A stretch of DNA of 64,000 nt from Planctomycetota bacterium (GTDB lineage Bacteria; Planctomycetota; GCA-002687715; CAIWVZ01), in the NCBI GenBank assembly GCA_044222185.1, contig JBGANV010000003.1:352001-416000 (forward strand). Reading direction: 5' to 3'. Positions 37,139-46,726 of the stretch are shown here, piece after piece (within the stretch, counting starts at the first letter, position 1; every line of letters starts with the position of its first letter). Below the pieces are notes generated by a model that saw only the letters and a program-made list of their open reading frames with translations, was not told where the DNA came from and ran no database searches. Made by a program: the position numbers and the translations under genes.

Positions 37139-37890
37139 AGCTCATCCGCCTCGCGTTGATCGTGCTCGTGGCGTTGGCGCCGATCTCCGCCCAGACGCCG
37201 CAACCAAAGACGGCCCCGGCCGCCACGCCCGCCCCCACATCCACGGTCGAAGGGCTCAACGACATCTCGGGCCCGTTGAAGGTCGTTCTCGTCCTGACGG
37301 TGCTCGCGCTCGCACCCGCGATCCTGATGACGGCGACGTCGTTCACCCGGATCCTGATCGTGTTGTCGTTCGTACGGCGCGGCCTCTCGATTCCGGAACT
37401 GCCTCCGAACCAGATCCTCATCGGGCTCGCGCTCTTCCTGAGCCTGATCGTGATGCGCCCCGTGATCCAGGACGTGAACACGAACGCCGTCCAGCCCTAC
37501 CTCGCGAACCAGATCACGCTCACGCAGGCGGCCGATGCGGGCAGCCACTCGATCTCGGAGTTCCTCCTCCAGCACGCACGCGACGAGGACATCCACCTGT
37601 TCCTCGACCTCTCGAAGGCAGAGACGCCCGCGACGGCGGAGGACGTCCCCCTCACGATCCTCATCCCGGCGTTCGCGCTGTCGGAGCTGCGCACGGCGTT
37701 CCAGATGGGGTTCCTCGTCTACCTGCCCTTCCTGATCCTGGACCTCGTCGTGTCCAGCATCCTGCTCTCCATGGGCATGTTCATGCTGCCGCCCGTCATC
37801 ATCTCGACCCCGTTCAAGATCCTGCTCTTCGTCCTCGTGGACGGCTGGGATCTCGTCATCCGCTCGCTGGTCCAGTCGTTCCACATGTGA
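37135..37890 (+). CDS. fliP: Flagellar export protein FliP
   Basis: TSFTRILIVLSFVR, PPNQILIGLALFL, PAFALSELRTAFQMGF, MGMFMLPP, KILLFVLVDGW. Confidence 0.97.
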   Translation: MKLIRLALIVLVALAPISAQTPQPKTAPAATPAPTSTVEGLNDISGPLKVVLVLTVLALAPAILMTATSFTRILIVLSFVRRGLSIPELPPNQILIGLALFLSLIVMRPVIQDVNTNAVQPYLANQITLTQAADAGSHSISEFLLQHARDEDIHLFLDLSKAETPATAEDVPLTILIPAFALSELRTAFQMGFLVYLPFLILDLVVSSILLSMGMFMLPPVIISTPFKILLFVLVDGWDLVIRSLVQSFHM

Positions 37891-37894
37891 CTCG

Positions 37895-38161
37895 ATGAAC
37901 CAAGAACTCGTGATCGAACTCGCACGCGAGACCGTCTACACGGCGCTGCTCCTCGCAGCGCCAGCGCTGGCCGTCGGACTCATCGTCGGAATCGCCATGG
38001 CGGTGTTCCAGGTCGTGACGTCCGTGCAAGAGCAGACGATGGCCCTCGTTCCCAAGCTCTTCTGCGTCATCGCGGTGCTGCTCCTCGTCCTCCCATGGAT
38101 GCTCACGACCATCGTCGAGTTCACGCGCCGCATGTTCATGGGCATGGCGACGCTGCGCTGA
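37895..38161 (+). CDS. fliQ: Flagellar export protein FliQ
   Basis: VGLIVGIAMAVFQVVTSVQEQTMALVPK...PWM. Confidence 0.95.
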   Translation: MNQELVIELARETVYTALLLAAPALAVGLIVGIAMAVFQVVTSVQEQTMALVPKLFCVIAVLLLVLPWMLTTIVEFTRRMFMGMATLR

Positions 38162-38167
38162 CACGTC

Positions 38168-38947
38168 ATGGATTTCCTCCCCCTGCTCGAGGCGAAGACG
38201 CGGTTCATCGGCCTCCACGCCGTGCGCGTCCTCATGGCGATGTCTGTCCTCCCGGCGTTCGGGAGCGGATCGGCATCGCGGTACGTGAAGCTCGCCCTCG
38301 GGCTGTTCCTCGGCGTCACCGTGGGGATCGCCCGCAGCGACGACGGGTGGCTCGATCCTGGTTGGCACCCGCTCGGCCTCGGCATCGCCGTCATGCGGGA
38401 GGGACTGTTCGGCTTCATCCTCGGCTGGCTCGGGCGATTCTGGCTCGAGGTGTGCCGCATGGCCGGCGGGCTCATCAGCAACGAAATGGGTCTGAACACG
38501 GCAAATCAGATCGACCCCACGTCCGGTCAGTCCGTGCCGTTGATCGGGTTCCTGTACGAGACGGTTGGATTGATCCTCTTCTTCGGGATGCGCGGCCATC
38601 ACGCGCTGCTCGGCGGCCTCGTTCGATCGTTCGACGGCGTCCCGCCGGGGGCGTTCAATCCCGATGACCGCGTGCTGTGGGCCATCTCGACGTTCGTGAC
38701 CGGGCTGGTCGAAACGTCGCTCCGGGTCGCCGCGCCCGTGTTCGTCGTCCTCGTCCTCACGTCCGTGATGGTGGGATTCATGGCTCGCGTCGCCCCGCAG
38801 TGGCACGTCCTCGACAGCTCGTATTCGATCCGGATCGGCGTCGCATTGATCGTGATCGTCCTCACACTTCCCCACATCCGCCCGCTGCTCGAACACGTCA
38901 TGGACGTGTCGCACGATCAGCTCGAGGTTCTCTTCGCGAACGAGTGA
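38168..38947 (+). CDS. fliR: Flagellar export protein FliR
   Basis: Polytopic; REGLFG, AGGLISNEMGL, IDPTSG, GHHALL, MARVAPQ; lies between fliQ and flhB. Confidence 0.92.
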   Translation: MDFLPLLEAKTRFIGLHAVRVLMAMSVLPAFGSGSASRYVKLALGLFLGVTVGIARSDDGWLDPGWHPLGLGIAVMREGLFGFILGWLGRFWLEVCRMAGGLISNEMGLNTANQIDPTSGQSVPLIGFLYETVGLILFFGMRGHHALLGGLVRSFDGVPPGAFNPDDRVLWAISTFVTGLVETSLRVAAPVFVVLVLTSVMVGFMARVAPQWHVLDSSYSIRIGVALIVIVLTLPHIRPLLEHVMDVSHDQLEVLFANE

Positions 38948-38950
38948 ACC

Positions 38951-40009
38951 ATGGCGGAAGACGATCGCACAGAGCTCGCCACGGGGCGCCGCCTCGATGA
39001 CCTGGCCGGCAAGGGCCAGTTCGCCTATTCGAAAGAGGTCTCGGGCGCCCTCACCTTGTTCATCATCGCCGCCGCGCTGAGCGCCACCGGCTCGGATCTC
39101 GTCGATCCTCTCCGCAGCATGTTCATCCGGTGCTTTTCGCTGGAAGACCACCAGCAAATCGCGGTCGCGGGCGTGGCGACGTTCTTGTTCGACACCTCGC
39201 TTCGCTCGGGACTGGTGATCGCTCCGCTCCTCCTGGTCGCCTTCACGGTCGTCCTCGTCTCGGGGTTCTTCCAGATCGGATTGCGCATCGACACGGGACG
39301 CCTGGCGTTTCGCTGGGAACGTCTGGACATCGCGGCCGGCTTCAAGCGCATCCTCAAGCCCGGCGGCTTCGTGCCACTGAGCTACGCGCTCGCGAAACTC
39401 ATCGCCGTCGGATGGATCACCTGGGGAGTCGCCGAGCCGTTGGTGATGAACTCGGGCGGACTCGCGCAGGTTCCGCTGCGCGACCTCATCGCGTTGCTGA
39501 CGGATGCGGCGCTTCGCATGGCCTTCCGCGTCGGCACCTTCCTCCTCCTCATCGCGGGGTTCGACTTCTTCTTCCAGCGGTGGAAGTTCTCGAAGGACAC
39601 CATGATGACGAAGCACGAGGTGAAGGAGGAGAACAAGCAGGCGGAAGGCGACCCGGTCATGAAGGGCAAGATCAAGTCGCGCCAGCGCGAGATCGCCCGA
39701 TCGAAGATGATCCGCAACGTGCGCAAGGCGACGGTCGTCATCCGAAACCCCACGCACTTCGCGGTCGCACTGAAATACGAGCGCGGCGTCGACGGCGCGC
39801 CGCGCGTCGTCGCCAAGGGACAGGACTTCCTCGCCCTGCGGATCATCGCCGAAGCCGAGAAACACAAGGTTCCGGTGGTCAGCAAGCCGGAAGTTGCGCG
39901 CGAGCTGTACCGCACCGTGAAGGTCGGGAACGTCGTGCCCGAGACCCTGTACAAGGCGGTGGCCGCGATCCTCGCCTTCGTGTTGCGCCAGAAGCAGAAA
40001 AGAGCCTGA
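38951..40009 (+). CDS. flhB: Flagellar export protein FlhB
   Basis: RTELAT, MTKHEVKEENKQAEGDP, autocleavage NPTH, APRVVAKG. Confidence 0.96.
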   Translation: MAEDDRTELATGRRLDDLAGKGQFAYSKEVSGALTLFIIAAALSATGSDLVDPLRSMFIRCFSLEDHQQIAVAGVATFLFDTSLRSGLVIAPLLLVAFTVVLVSGFFQIGLRIDTGRLAFRWERLDIAAGFKRILKPGGFVPLSYALAKLIAVGWITWGVAEPLVMNSGGLAQVPLRDLIALLTDAALRMAFRVGTFLLLIAGFDFFFQRWKFSKDTMMTKHEVKEENKQAEGDPVMKGKIKSRQREIARSKMIRNVRKATVVIRNPTHFAVALKYERGVDGAPRVVAKGQDFLALRIIAEAEKHKVPVVSKPEVARELYRTVKVGNVVPETLYKAVAAILAFVLRQKQKRA

Positions 40010-40012
40010 TCC

Positions 40013-42184
40013 ATGGCGGAAGCCGTGACGAAGTCGATTCCCGAGCCGGCCCTGCTCCGCAACGCGGACTACGCCCTCGCCGGCGCGCTGCTCGCCGTCT
40101 TGTGCGTGCTGCTCGTGCCATTGCCCACGCCCGTCCTCGACCTCGCCCTCGTCGTGAACGTGAGCACGGCCCTCTTGATCCTCGTGATCACGCTGTCGTG
40201 CCGCCAGCCGCTCGACTTCTCGACGTTCCCCAGCTTGCTCTTGTTCACGACGCTGACCCGGTTGTCGCTGAACGTGGCCTCCACACGACTGATCCTCTCG
40301 AAGGGCCACGCCGGCAGCGTCATCCAGGCCTTCGGCGACTTCGTGCTCGGCGGCAACCTGATGATCGGCCTCGTGATCTTCCTCATCCTGGTGATCATTC
40401 AGTTCGTCGTCATCACGAAGGGCTCCAACCGCATCTCGGAAGTGGCCGCGCGGTTCACCTTGGATGCCATGCCTGGCAAGCAGATGGCCATCGACGCCGA
40501 ACTGAACGCCGGGCTCATCAGCGAGCACGTGGCGCGGGCCCGACGTGAAGTCATCACTGCCGAAGCCGAGTTCTACGGTGCCATGGACGGTGCCGGAAAG
40601 TTCGTTCGCGGTGATGCGGTCGCCGGCTTGATCATCACCGTCGTCAACATCCTGGGCGGTGTCGGCATCGGGTTCTTCGACGGGCTCTCGGCCGTCGACG
40701 CGCTGAAGAAGTACGCAGTCCTCACGGTCGGTGACGGCCTCGTGTCGCAGGTCCCGGCGCTCCTCATCACGATCGCCTCGGGCATCCTCGTGACGAAGCA
40801 GCGCGGCCAGCACCAGCTTTCGCGCGAAATCACTGCGCAGTTCATGTTCTCGCCGCGCGCGACGCGCATCGCGGCGACGCTGGTGACGATCCTCGGATTG
40901 GTTCCGGGGCTGCCCATGGTCCCGTTCGTCGGCATGGGTCTGGGCCTCTTCCTTTTCGCGAATTACAGCGCGAAGAATGCGCCAGCGCGAACGGCCAGCC
41001 CCGACGGGACCGCGGCCAAGGCGGAAGACGGGGGCCGCGATGGCGCCAACCAACCAACGGCGGGCGCCGCGGGCCCGGACGCAAGCCCGGAAGCCCTGGG
41101 CGAGCTCATGAAGGTCGACCGTCTCGCACTCGAGATCGGCTACCGGCTGATCCCGCTCGTCAGCGCGGAGAAGCGCAGTCCGCTCCTGGACCACATCGCC
41201 ATGCTGCGCCGGCAATTCGTTACGCAGCTCGGGTTCCTCGTGCCGCCGATCCGCATGAAGGACAACCTGGCCTTGGAGCCGAACGCCTATCGCCTGCTCG
41301 TCAGCGGACAGGAGGTGGCGCGCGGGAAGCTCTACCCCGATCACTACCTCGCCATGAACGCCGGCTTCGCACGGGAGGAAATCTCGGGGATCAAGACGAA
41401 CGACCCCACGTTCGGTCTGCCCGCGACCTGGGTGCCGTCGGCACGCAAGGTCGAGGCCGAGAGCCTGGGCTACACCGTGGTCGACGCCGAATCCGTGCTC
41501 ATCACACACCTGACCGAGGTGCTGAAGGAACATGCGCACGAGATCCTCTCCCGCGACGACGTCCAGAAGCTCGTCGATCGGGTCAAGGAGGTGTCGCCCG
41601 CCGTCGTCGCCGAATTGGTGCCGGACACCATGGGCATCGGGACGATCCAGGCCGTGCTCGCCAACCTCCTGCGCGAGCGCGTCCCCGTCCGCAACATCCC
41701 GGGAATCCTCGAGGCGCTCGCGGACCACGGCAAGAAGGTCAAGGACCCGGACACACTCACCGAACTCGTCCGTCAGCGGCTGAGCCGCACGCTGCTCGAA
41801 CTCCACGCGGCCCCAGGCGCCGTCGTCCAAGGGATCACGCTCGAGCCCCAGGCCGAGCAGATGCTCTCGGACGCCCTCGGGGGCAGCAACGATCCCAAGG
41901 TCACGTCGATCCTCTCGCCGACGACCATGCGCCGTCTCCAGGACAACGTCGCCGTCGCCTGGCAGGCGGCGCAAGCCAAGGGGAAGGAACCGGTGTTGTT
42001 GGTCCGGGCGTCCGTCCGTCGCTACCTGGCGGACCTCATGAGGGCGATGACGCCGCGAATCCCCGTCCTGTCTTTCAACGAGGTGACGTCGGCCAAGTCC
42101 ATCGACGCAGCCGGCACGGTCGCCGTGCTGGAACCCGTTGCGCCGGAACGGCGCCAGGCCGCCGCGTCCGCCGGGGCCAAATAG
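40013..42184 (+). CDS. flhA: Flagellar export protein FlhA
   Basis: LSLNVASTRLIL, RISEVAARFTLDAMPGKQMAIDAELNAG, FYGAMDGAGKFVRGDA. Confidence 0.97.
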   Translation: MAEAVTKSIPEPALLRNADYALAGALLAVLCVLLVPLPTPVLDLALVVNVSTALLILVITLSCRQPLDFSTFPSLLLFTTLTRLSLNVASTRLILSKGHAGSVIQAFGDFVLGGNLMIGLVIFLILVIIQFVVITKGSNRISEVAARFTLDAMPGKQMAIDAELNAGLISEHVARARREVITAEAEFYGAMDGAGKFVRGDAVAGLIITVVNILGGVGIGFFDGLSAVDALKKYAVLTVGDGLVSQVPALLITIASGILVTKQRGQHQLSREITAQFMFSPRATRIAATLVTILGLVPGLPMVPFVGMGLGLFLFANYSAKNAPARTASPDGTAAKAEDGGRDGANQPTAGAAGPDASPEALGELMKVDRLALEIGYRLIPLVSAEKRSPLLDHIAMLRRQFVTQLGFLVPPIRMKDNLALEPNAYRLLVSGQEVARGKLYPDHYLAMNAGFAREEISGIKTNDPTFGLPATWVPSARKVEAESLGYTVVDAESVLITHLTEVLKEHAHEILSRDDVQKLVDRVKEVSPAVVAELVPDTMGIGTIQAVLANLLRERVPVRNIPGILEALADHGKKVKDPDTLTELVRQRLSRTLLELHAAPGAVVQGITLEPQAEQMLSDALGGSNDPKVTSILSPTTMRRLQDNVAVAWQAAQAKGKEPVLLVRASVRRYLADLMRAMTPRIPVLSFNEVTSAKSIDAAGTVAVLEPVAPERRQAAASAGAK

Positions 42185-42210
42185 TGCTTTTCGGAGTTCT
42201 CGTCCCCGGC

Positions 42211-42239
42211 TGAAGTCCCAACGGAAAAGAGACCGATAA
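42211..42239 (+). promoter_or_regulatory. Sigma28-like promoter upstream of orf-fliA
   Basis: TGAAG, 16-nt spacer, ACCGATAA (compare the GCCGATAA -10 consensus). Confidence 0.55.
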
Positions 42240-42276
42240 GAGTCCAAGACGCCCCAGGCGTCGTGTTTGAAGACCG

Positions 42277-42546
42277 ATGAGCGAGAAGGAAAAGAAAGCA
42301 TCTCCCGCCCGTCCACCCTCGGCTGCTGCCGGGCACGTCGCGGGCGTATTCGTGGGAGCGGTCGTCGGCATGTGCACGGCCCTGGCCGGGCTCGTCGCCG
42401 GCGTACCGGCACCCGAGATCCTTCTGCGCTCCGTCGGTGCCGGCGTCGTCGCCAAGATCGCCGCGGGCCTCGTCGTCGGCCTCGGCATCCGCAGCATCGT
42501 GATCGAGCGCAAGAAGACACAGGCCGCGACGGAGGGTGACCGTTGA
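42277..42546 (+). CDS. Small two-TM membrane protein
   Basis: 89 aa, two hydrophobic segments; TGATG coupling to fliA. Confidence 0.7.
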   Translation: MSEKEKKASPARPPSAAAGHVAGVFVGAVVGMCTALAGLVAGVPAPEILLRSVGAGVVAKIAAGLVVGLGIRSIVIERKKTQAATEGDR

Positions 42547-43301
42547 TGGACTCGACTCCACACCCCGCGATGACGACGGCCGAACGCAACCGGCTGATCG
42601 AGGAGTACCTGCCTCTCGTCCATCACGTCCTCGGCCGGTTGACCATCCACCTGCCCTCGACGCTCGATCGCGAAGATCTCTTCGAGGTCGGCGTGCTCGG
42701 GCTGATGCACGCGGCCCAGACGTTCAACCCGTCGCGCGGCGCCGCGTTCAAGACGCACGCATTCACCCTCATCCGTGGCGCGATCCTGGATGAGATCCGC
42801 AAGCACGACCCAATCCCCCGCTCGCGGCGCGACCGAGTGAAGCAGCTCGGCGAGGTGGAGGCGAAGCTCGAAGACGAACTCGGGCGCGCTCCCACGCCCG
42901 AAGAGATGGCGGAAGCGTCCGGCCTCACCGTCGAACAAGTCGAGGAGTCGCTGGTCAACGCCCACGGCGCGGCCATGCTCTCGCTCGAGGACCACGACTC
43001 GGGAAGCAACGACGAGCTGCGGCTGATCGACTGCCTGCGACTGCCGCGAACCGAGGATCCTCTGGACCTCGTCGCGCGCCGTGAACTGAAAGAGCGCCTG
43101 TCGGCGGCGATCCAGCGGTTGCCGGAGCGTGAGCGCCACGTCATCGTCCTCTACTACGCCGAGAGCCTTCGCCTGAAGGAGATCGGCGCGATCCTCGGCA
43201 TCACCGAATCACGCGTGTCACAACTGCACGCGCGCGCCATCCTCCGGCTGAACCGCGAGGTCCTCGGCGCACACCCCGAACTCTCCCAACCCGAGCCGTG
43301 A
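42546..43301 (+). CDS. fliA: Sigma28 (FliA/WhiG family) sigma factor
   Basis: RNRLIEEYLPLV, EDLFEVGVLGL, IRGAILDEIRKHD, LGRAPT, LRLKEIGAILGITESRVSQLH. Confidence 0.93.
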   Translation: MDSTPHPAMTTAERNRLIEEYLPLVHHVLGRLTIHLPSTLDREDLFEVGVLGLMHAAQTFNPSRGAAFKTHAFTLIRGAILDEIRKHDPIPRSRRDRVKQLGEVEAKLEDELGRAPTPEEMAEASGLTVEQVEESLVNAHGAAMLSLEDHDSGSNDELRLIDCLRLPRTEDPLDLVARRELKERLSAAIQRLPERERHVIVLYYAESLRLKEIGAILGITESRVSQLHARAILRLNREVLGAHPELSQPEP

Positions 43302-43304
43302 GCC

Positions 43305-43550
43305 ATGAAGAACCGGCCGACGTTGATCAAACGGAGTCAAACCCGTCTCTCCCCCGAGTCCGTCGTCACGGGTGAAGGAGTCCAGGCGGGTATCTCTCGC
43401 GCGCCGGCGCCCCGCAAGGGCGACCAGCCGCTCGTGAACGTCCGCCGCAGCGGCGACGTCATCGAAGCCTTGGAAGTGACGTGTCCCTGCGGGCGCTCGA
43501 CCGTCATCGAATGCCTGTACGACGCGAAGAAGACGGAAGTCACACCATGA
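43305..43550 (+). CDS. Small Cys-containing hypothetical protein
   Basis: 81 aa; IEALEVTCPCG...IEC; 3 nt after fliA; ATGA overlap with the next gene. Confidence 0.7.
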   Translation: MKNRPTLIKRSQTRLSPESVVTGEGVQAGISRAPAPRKGDQPLVNVRRSGDVIEALEVTCPCGRSTVIECLYDAKKTEVTP

Positions 43551-44020
43551 AACTCACAACGACCCTCCTCGCATCCGCGATCGCCTTGTGCGTGTCTACG
43601 GGTTGCACCTCGGCCGAGGCCGAGCGTGTCGCGCGGGCGAAGCACACGAACGATGCGGCGTCCAACGGTTACCTGAAGGACGGGCCGACGATGGCCCTCG
43701 ACGACGGCGCGCGTCTCGAAGACCCGACGACGCTCCGCCTCCTCGACGAGAAGACCCAGGAGCTGGCGCGCCAGAAGAAGAAGAACGAGGATCTCGAGGC
43801 CGCCCTCGCGCAGAAGTCGGCGGAGATCGAAGTGCTTCGCAAGGACGCCGCGACTCACGCCCAGGAGAAGGAACGCCTGAACGGCCTCCTGAGCGACGCG
43901 ACGGAGCACGAGCGCGCCGCCGTCGAACGCGCCCTCGCGGCCGACATCGCGCGCTTGAAGATGGAGCAGGAACTGCTCCGGACCAAGCTCGGGAACCTGG
44001 TCGGAGAAACGAACAAATGA
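43547..44020 (+). CDS. Coiled-coil lipoprotein
   Basis: MKLTTTLLASAIALCVSTGC lipobox-like signal; long E/K/L/A heptad region. Confidence 0.75.
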   Translation: MKLTTTLLASAIALCVSTGCTSAEAERVARAKHTNDAASNGYLKDGPTMALDDGARLEDPTTLRLLDEKTQELARQKKKNEDLEAALAQKSAEIEVLRKDAATHAQEKERLNGLLSDATEHERAAVERALAADIARLKMEQELLRTKLGNLVGETNK

Positions 44021-44766
44021 GCGTCGTGACTTCGGGGCGGTCCGTTCTTTCGGCATGGCGAGGCCGGCTGATCGTGGCGGCACCACGGATTCCAGAAGGC
44101 CAATGCCGGCGGACGAACCTGCCCCGAGGCCACCGCGCGCTCGTGGCGATCGGCCTCGCGCTCAGCATGATCGGCAGTGGAGGCTGCAAGTTCGCGGGCG
44201 ATCCCACGCCGCCGCCGGTCGACCTGGCCACGTCCCACGAGGCCGAGGCCCAGACGGTGGCGAAGGTACGGCGCGTCGTCGTCCCGCCATTCCAGGACCT
44301 CACGGGTTTCCCCCGAGAGGCCGAACAGACGAGGCAGGCGTTCCTGCGGGCGCTCGGCCGGCGCCAGCGCTTCGAGCTCATCCCCCTGGGGGAAACCGAG
44401 CTGCGCGAAGTCCTGCCGCGCGAGACGTTCCAGAGCGGAACGATCGCGAAGGACATGCTGATTTCCGCCGCGCGGCGCTATCGGGCCGACGGAGTGCTGT
44501 TCGGCGTCGTGACCCACTACCGTCCCTATGACCCGTTGGTCCTCGGCCTGAAGCTCGAGATGGCGTCCGCCGATACGGGTGCCGTCGTCTGGGCGACGTC
44601 CGGGCTTTACGACGCCGCCACGCTCGACGTCACACAGGACGTCCACAACTATCACGACACCCAGCTCGCGGGATCGAGTTCGTTGGAAGGCTGGCGCCTG
44701 ATCCTGATGAGTCCATCACGCTTCACCGATTACGCCTGTGCCCGTCTCGCCGCGACGCTGAAGTAG
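44017..44766 (+). CDS. Putative lipoprotein, DUF799/CsgG/FlgO-like fold
   Basis: LALSMIGSGGC; RRVVVPPF...ADGVLFGVVTHY...LEMASADTGAVVW pattern; start uncertain. Confidence 0.65.
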   Translation: MSVVTSGRSVLSAWRGRLIVAAPRIPEGQCRRTNLPRGHRALVAIGLALSMIGSGGCKFAGDPTPPPVDLATSHEAEAQTVAKVRRVVVPPFQDLTGFPREAEQTRQAFLRALGRRQRFELIPLGETELREVLPRETFQSGTIAKDMLISAARRYRADGVLFGVVTHYRPYDPLVLGLKLEMASADTGAVVWATSGLYDAATLDVTQDVHNYHDTQLAGSSSLEGWRLILMSPSRFTDYACARLAATLK

Positions 44767-44831
44767 CGCGTCCGGAAATCGAGCATCGCATCGACGACAA
44801 TCGCATGTCGCCCGCATAGAATCCCCGCACG

Positions 44832-46703
44832 ATGCTGATCACCCTCATCGTGTCCGCTTCCCTTGCGGTCCAGGTGGTGGCCGGAGGCATCGCCCTTCGG
44901 ATGCTTGGGAGATCCGACCGGCGAGGGCCGTGGTTGTTGCTCGCCGTCGCCATGCTCTTCATGGCGGCCCGCCGGGGCCTGACGCTTGCCGACCTGGTCT
45001 TCGGCTCGAAAGCCAAGCCACTCGACACGCCTGCGGAACTCGTCGCGTTCACCATCTCGGCGCTCATGCTCGCGGCAGTACAGGCGTTTGCGGGTCTGAT
45101 CCGTGAGCGTCAACGCGAGGCCTCGGCACTGGCCACCAGCGAAGCGCGATACCGGAACCTCGTCGAGACGTCGCACGACCTCATCTGGTCCGTCGACGAA
45201 GAGGGTCGTTGGACGTTCCTGAACGCCGAGGCGACGCGTCGGATCTATGGCTGCGAGCCCCAGGAGATGCTCGGACGCAGCTTCGTGGAATCCCTCGCAG
45301 ACGACCGGAAGGCGATCGATCCGGACACCCACCGCAAGATCCTCGAGGGCGCGCGCGTCGTCGACTTCGAAACGACCCACCTTCGCCGGGACGGCCGACG
45401 AGTCACGCTGCGTTTCAACGCGATCCCCCTGCGGGATGAATCAGGCAAGGTGGTCGGAACGACCGGCACGGCGACGGATGTGACGGCAGCACGTGACGCC
45501 GAGCGCAAGGAGAAGGAACTCCAGGATCGACTGGTCGAATCCCAGCGACTCGAGAGTCTCGGCGTGCTCGCCGGCGGCATCGCGCACGACTTCAACAATC
45601 TCCTCATGGCGATCAGCGGCAACGCCTACCTGGCGCTCGACCTCCTCCCCACCGGATCGGAGGTGCGGAACGCCGTGCAGAGCGTGATCCAGGCCTCCGA
45701 GCGAGCGACGACGCTGACGCGTCAGATGCTCACATACGCCGGCAAGGGACGTCACCAGATCTCCTCCATCGACATGTCGAAGGTCGTGCGCGAGATCTGT
45801 CCCCTCGTCGTTCCGACGGTCTCCAAGAAAGTCCAACTCGACCTGGACCTCGACCCCCAGATTCCCCCCATCGATGGTGATGACGGCCAGATCCAGCAGG
45901 TCGTGATGAACCTGGTCATCAATGCCGCCGAGGCCCTGGCCGACAAGGTGGGGAGCGTCTCGGTGCGAACGTTCGTTCGGTTCGCCCACGACGGCGAATT
46001 CACGAGCCGCCTCGGCGCCGAGTCGTTGCCAGCCGGGCGCTACGTCATGCTCGAGGTCGAAGACACGGGCTGCGGCATGGACGCGGAAACCCAGCGCCGG
46101 ATCTTCGAGCCGTTCTTCACGACCAAGTTCGTCGGACGCGGCCTCGGGCTCTCGGCGTTGCTTGGAATCGTGCGCAGGCACCACGGCGGACTCGCCATCG
46201 ACTCGGAAGTCGGCGTGGGCACGACGTTTCGCCTGGCGTTTCCCCCGGGGGCGACGGCACCTGCGCCGACGCAAACGCCCGCACCCGTGGCCGATTCACG
46301 AGGCAATGCGCTCATCCTTCTCGTCGACGACGAAGACGGCGTCCTGCGGATCGCGCGGACGGCACTCGAGCGCGCGGGCCACACCGTCGTGACGGCGTCG
46401 AACGGACGAACGGCCATCGAGGTCTTCGCCACCGTCAAGGACCGCGTCTCGCTCGCGATCCTCGACATGAGCATGCCGGAGATGGACGGCGCCGAGACGC
46501 TCGACGCGCTTCAACGCGTCCGCCCCGGGTTGCGCGTCATCCTCGCCAGCGGGTACCACGACCATCTGGACGACCCGTTGCGGACGCACGCAGGCCCCGT
46601 GAGCTTCCTGCCCAAGCCCTACACGCCCGGGCAACTCGTCGGCCTCGTCCATGACATGCTCGCGCGCGCGCCGCGGCCCGATGCCGCCGCGACCTCTTCG
46701 TGA
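44832..46703 (+). CDS. Membrane PAS-domain hybrid histidine kinase (CckA-like architecture)
   Basis: Three TM helices; PAS/PAC; GGIAHDFNNLL; FEPFFTTK; GRGLGL; receiver LVDDE...ILDMSMP...LPKP. Confidence 0.93.
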   Translation: MLITLIVSASLAVQVVAGGIALRMLGRSDRRGPWLLLAVAMLFMAARRGLTLADLVFGSKAKPLDTPAELVAFTISALMLAAVQAFAGLIRERQREASALATSEARYRNLVETSHDLIWSVDEEGRWTFLNAEATRRIYGCEPQEMLGRSFVESLADDRKAIDPDTHRKILEGARVVDFETTHLRRDGRRVTLRFNAIPLRDESGKVVGTTGTATDVTAARDAERKEKELQDRLVESQRLESLGVLAGGIAHDFNNLLMAISGNAYLALDLLPTGSEVRNAVQSVIQASERATTLTRQMLTYAGKGRHQISSIDMSKVVREICPLVVPTVSKKVQLDLDLDPQIPPIDGDDGQIQQVVMNLVINAAEALADKVGSVSVRTFVRFAHDGEFTSRLGAESLPAGRYVMLEVEDTGCGMDAETQRRIFEPFFTTKFVGRGLGLSALLGIVRRHHGGLAIDSEVGVGTTFRLAFPPGATAPAPTQTPAPVADSRGNALILLVDDEDGVLRIARTALERAGHTVVTASNGRTAIEVFATVKDRVSLAILDMSMPEMDGAETLDALQRVRPGLRVILASGYHDHLDDPLRTHAGPVSFLPKPYTPGQLVGLVHDMLARAPRPDAAATSS

Positions 46704-46726
46704 CCGGCGCACGAGGACGCGTCGCG

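Noticed and set aside
36050-42184. Export genes as a non-flagellar injectisome or novel T3SS
   Set aside because: FliO, FliM with a CheY-binding-like N-terminus, FliN and FliA point to a flagellar system. Rod, hook and filament genes are not in this window, and their genome-wide absence cannot be judged from it.
37856-42589. 1577-aa ORF on the minus strand
   Set aside because: It is the antisense shadow of fliQ-fliR-flhB-flhA. It is Arg/Gly/His-rich with no motifs, and long stop-free opposite frames are expected in GC-rich genes.
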